Below are positions 59,951 through 64,000 of a stretch of 64,000 nt of DNA, in pieces; position 1 is the stretch's first letter; each line of letters opens with the position of its first letter. Made by a program: the position numbers and the translations under genes. Source of the DNA: Epithemia pelagica (taxonomy: Eukaryota; Protista; Bacillariophyta); assembly GCA_946965045.2 (NCBI GenBank), contig OX337235.1, forward strand, positions 2,356,001 through 2,420,000, read 5' to 3'. The notes under the pieces were generated by a model. The model did no database searches, was not told the origin of the DNA, and saw nothing but the letters and a program-made list of their open reading frames with translations.

Positions 59951-62023
59951 TAACACGCACGGGGCAATAGCTAGACTAAGACCATTATGTACTCCTCTCT
60001 AGCAAAGTGCTTCGCGACCTATCGCCATAACTCTAGATTTGTATCCTGGGGACACAAGCAGATGGAGCACCCTCTTCTCCCAGAGCCACTATTGAAGGTT
60101 ATCATCACTTGTCCCAGAAGCAACTCAGCTTTGTCAAGAAGTACAAAAGCTGATGGCTCCAATGGGAAATGGCGAATAACCTCATATGGTCTTTCAGGTC
60201 CATGCTCTGTCTATCAGGAATAACTCCGAGAGAACAATAGCTAAAATGCTGTCCTTTTCACATTTTCAACCTTCAGCACTTAGCACCCCCATTTCCATTC
60301 TGTCAAAGGCCCGTCAGATCCTAGCTATACATAAAAATTTTGGGGTGGGAAAACAACCCTCATCATTTTCTCCGGCAACAGCAGACTCTGGGTTGGTTAT
60401 TGAATGCTACAGGAAAGGGTTTGCATTCGTTGGGTGCCTGACCACAGCAGTTTTATTGTGCATAGGTCATGTCCTGATGACAAAGTGACTCGAATCAGCA
60501 GCAAGTTGGTCCAGAGGATTTTGTTGTTGTTCTTCCGCGTGATAGGATCTGTTGTCGTATACTTACACGCCACTCGTCGTGGGTCGTGGCCCACGATTCA
60601 TTCGTCAATTGAGGGGGTCAAGTTAAGATATACATGCCTGTTGTAACAGGGAAATGACATGGTCGACCATTGTATTCCCCGAATAGGCGCATGGTGCAAC
60701 CCAAAAGTGGGCTCATTTCCTAACGATTGCGATTTGTCAACCAGCCCATTCAGTCTTTTATGAATTCCAGCACTTTGAGTTTTCCCTCTGTTTCCGTTAA
60801 GTTGTCCTTGACCATCCATGATCGGTATTGCTTCGTTCCAATCCAATAACAGGGTCAAGATGAAACGCAAATGACGTGTACTCCACCACCTGCCCAAAGG
60901 CTTGTCCTGTATTAGATGCCTTGTATTTTCGTTCGGCTGCTGTTACTGTATATGATTTCTTCACTCAAGTTACTAACAGGCATCAACGGAGAGTTCATGT
61001 TTTCTGTGGCCATGTGTACACACTGAAGACCATCATGACCGTTATTGACAAAATGGCCAATTCTCCATCTGTCAGTAACGCGCAGTCTTCTCTGTCCATG
61101 ATTCCACCTCACCGCCTTTTTTGCTGAATAGTGCTGGATTCGCATGTTGCGTTGCCGCGAATCAAAGAGACGACAATGCCGGAATGCTGGGCCCAGAGAT
61201 TAGGATCTACATCGTGTACAGCTAGAGCCAGGTTTGTTCGAACGGGGGCGGTGACAACCGTTGGTTTGGGTTGTTTTTCATCCGCTTGCTGCGGCTCTCC
61301 CAGACTTTTAGTTGACACGCAAGTATGGACTCGGATCTTCGGCAGCAACAACTATCAGCGCCATGAAGGCCCCGATATGAGTATTGGCATCAGAGGATGA
61401 AGTGGTTTCCATTCAACCCACCTCGGAGCATGCGGTACACAGCTGTTGTGTAAGCGATGGTTCCAAGTTTGGATTTAGCTCCATTGACAGTATGATGGCT
61501 TGATTAGAGCAACGATTTTGACGGTTGCGGGGTCAATGCCGCATGTCATACCACTACATGCACATGCGTGTTGGCAATATGGCTCTCCTCATTAACTATA
61601 CGGTCTCCAAATTCCAAATGTTCTATCAAAGCTACACGAATGTCGCGAAACTTGGTCTGTACGTGACTGCCGAGATGAAATGATAGTAATGCCAACGGTC
61701 CAATGAAACCAACACATTCAGGCTTTCCGGATCGACGACACTTGAAGAAAAGGTAACAGCCATCGTATGGTTGTTGCTCGACAATAAATCGCAGAAGGTC
61801 CACTCGTATTCGTGAAACCAGTGAGAAGACCACAGCGAGATTGCCACAACTGTGCCATGCGCATTTGTACAACAATAACAACTCGGAGAGGAAAGGAACA
61901 ATGGGGGGAAAGACAGGATCAGTCGTGATGTAACACTGACATTTCGGACGGGGAAACATCGAATGTAAAGAGAGAGCAACCCTGGGATCATTGCGGAGAG
62001 ACTTTGGCAATGGCAGGAGAGTC

Positions 62024-62265
62024 TTGTAACCAATTAGCAAGTCGAAGATCTGGAAGTCCATCAATAGCTAGCACTACTGCTCTACTGTGTGTTTCCGTTT
62101 ATCATGCGAGCACCACTTCAACTGTAGATGTTACTCCATCTTTTGTAACCAATTAGCAAGTCGAAGATCTGGAAGTCCATCAATAGCAAGCACTACTGCT
62201 CTACTATGTGTTTCCGTTTATCATGCGAGCACCACTTCAACTGTAGATGTTTCTCCATCTTTTGT
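62024..62265. repeat. Tandem repeat, 2 x 119 bp
   Basis: TTGTAACCAATTAGCAAGTCGAAGATCTGG at 62024 and 62143. Confidence 0.93.
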
Positions 62266-62428
62266 TTTCAAAGCTTGGATGACTGTGCATCACTGCTAGT
62301 CATTTCAAGTATCGCGGTACATTCATGACCCATTTCGCGACCTTGTGACGACTCTCGCTGGGATTCCATACTTGCCTCTGCTTCAGTCGTAGGCTCGTTG
62401 TCACTTTCAGAGGGGAAGGTGACAAAAA

Positions 62429-62791
62429 TATTGGAATGTATCGACGAATCGCCCAATGACGTGCTAGGAAAAGGGAAACCTTGCTCAATTCCACTCTCGT
62501 AACACGATGCTCGTCGTTGTAATGTATCGCGTGTGTCATACTTGTGCGGCGATGGAATGAGTGCACAGGGTTTGAATTGATCATATATGTCGTCATCTTT
62601 GGGATGCGACAAGAGGCACTAAGAAAGAAGCAGGACAAGGTCTTGATTACTTAGCAGTATTGGAAAGCATCAACGAATCGCCCAATGACGTGCTAGGAAA
62701 AGGGAAACCTTGCTCGATTCCACTTACGTAACACGATGCTCGTCATTGTAATGTATCACGTGTATCATACTTGTCGTCATCTTTGAGATGC
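62429..62791. repeat. Direct duplication (62429-62607 and 62658-62791)
   Basis: Shared ACGAATCGCCCAATGACGTGCTAGGAAAAGGGAAACCTTGCTC...; copy 1 has an extra ~45 bp. Confidence 0.9.
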
Positions 62792-64000
62792 TACCAGAAC
62801 TACAACTCCCGTCCAGAGGCTCTAGGGAAGCAGAGACTCACAACGGTCGGCAACAGCACCTTGGTTCATGCGTCGTATCATAATGCATCGATGAATCATC
62901 CCGTCGGATGCTAGGGAAATCCTCCTCAGCGTGGTCAGGGTTCCGCTCATCAAGGAATTTGTATATCAAGGATGCTAAATACGTGGGAAGTGGTGGGTGA
63001 CGTGTCATTTCCTTCATATGCTTCTCTCACAAGTTTGTCTTCTTGTTTATGCTGGTCATCCAGTGTGTCGGTCACAGCCATAGAATCAATAGACGGTGAT
63101 GCAGCACCAGGATAATGAGAAAGAGATCAGCAATTGTGCAATCTTGTTGTTCCTCCTATCGTGACGGGGAATCAGCAGAAGAGACAAGAACTTGGGTGTT
63201 CGATTTCTCCTGACGATACTCGGGGCAGAATTCCAATATGTGATTACCACTATCCATGTGTTAAAAATCATCTTCCATCTCTTCATGGAGTTGCTTGTTT
63301 TTTTTTAATGCTTCGAGAATCAGTGGATAACAAGTGCGAAATCGCAATCGTATCATTACTTGGTCCTTTGGTGCGTTGGTTCAAAATCGGTAGATGACTA
63401 TTTCCGGGTGCTTCCAAGTCTCTCCATGCTTCCTGTTTGACAACTCATCCGTGACGGAATTGTCTCGTTGGGAATACACAAGCCCCGTTTCCTCTTGAGT
63501 AGTATCTACATGGAGCATCTGATCCAACATGGCAATGGTCGTAGGCTCCCGTTCCAACTCAAATTATCCATTCTTATTTCTCATTCGCATCTTGTATAAC
63601 AAACGTGCGTCTCCAAATCATTCTGGTCGCCATGTTCAAGACATCGATGTTGCTGTCTGCCGGGTCCGCCTTGAACTGGTTTGTGGTGGCGGGTACAATT
63701 TCGAAAGCCACATGTGGCATCTGATAGTGGCTGTCAGCCGTTTCATAACCAGAAATGGGTAGAGAGAAGAAGCTGCATTCGTAGAAACATCGTCATCCAA
63801 CACCGATTCATCTAGTGGCAAAGAGTCACGTTTCTCGTCCTTGATCTGGTCTTCTTCTTGGTCTCCGTTGGACTTGAAACTGAAGAGTAGAGGCTCCGGG
63901 GCGATTTCGGAGGATGAGGCAAGCACACTATGGTCGCCGGCTTTCGGCGTTCCACCTTGGGGCAGTCTCTGCCAGTCTTCCATCCGTTGTCTTTAATTTC

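Noticed and set aside
43223-62265. CRISPR interpretation of the 50-, 220- and 119-bp repeats
   Set aside because: Units are contiguous with no unique spacers, copy numbers are 2-3, there are no cas genes, and the context is eukaryotic.
63086-63983. Minus-strand ORF fragments at the window end
   Set aside because: Broken by stops with no motif; context is cut off by the window edge.

Overview
Eukaryotic genomic DNA, most likely from a pennate diatom (inferred from short GT-AG introns, bipartite plastid-targeting N-termini, CoDi-type Copia and Ambal-like LINE remnants, and the look of the 18S sequence). Positions 1 to ~48,100 are gene-dense: lipase 3, MATE, ALG9, CAF1, a PH-ankyrin-R-SNARE protein, CPN20, sirtuin, La-motif protein, xylose isomerase, LYR protein, sulfotransferase-like protein, isovaleryl-CoA dehydrogenase, a thioredoxin reductase-glutaredoxin-glutaredoxin fusion and several hypothetical genes. 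This part also holds a 5'-truncated LINE, two disrupted Crinkler-type nuclease loci and a 234-bp stray copy of part of CPN20. From ~48,200 to the end the window is a repeat/TE zone: local duplications, an rDNA fragment truncated at both ends (partial 18S-ITS1-5.8S-ITS2-partial 28S), Copia remnants and a near-intact mariner with perfect 28-bp TIRs, TA target duplication and DD43D spacing. No CRISPR array or tRNA was seen. The best candidates for new biology are the membrane-anchored NTR-Grx-Grx fusion, the isolated rDNA fragment and the Crinkler-like loci. All family calls come from motif recognition, not database searches.
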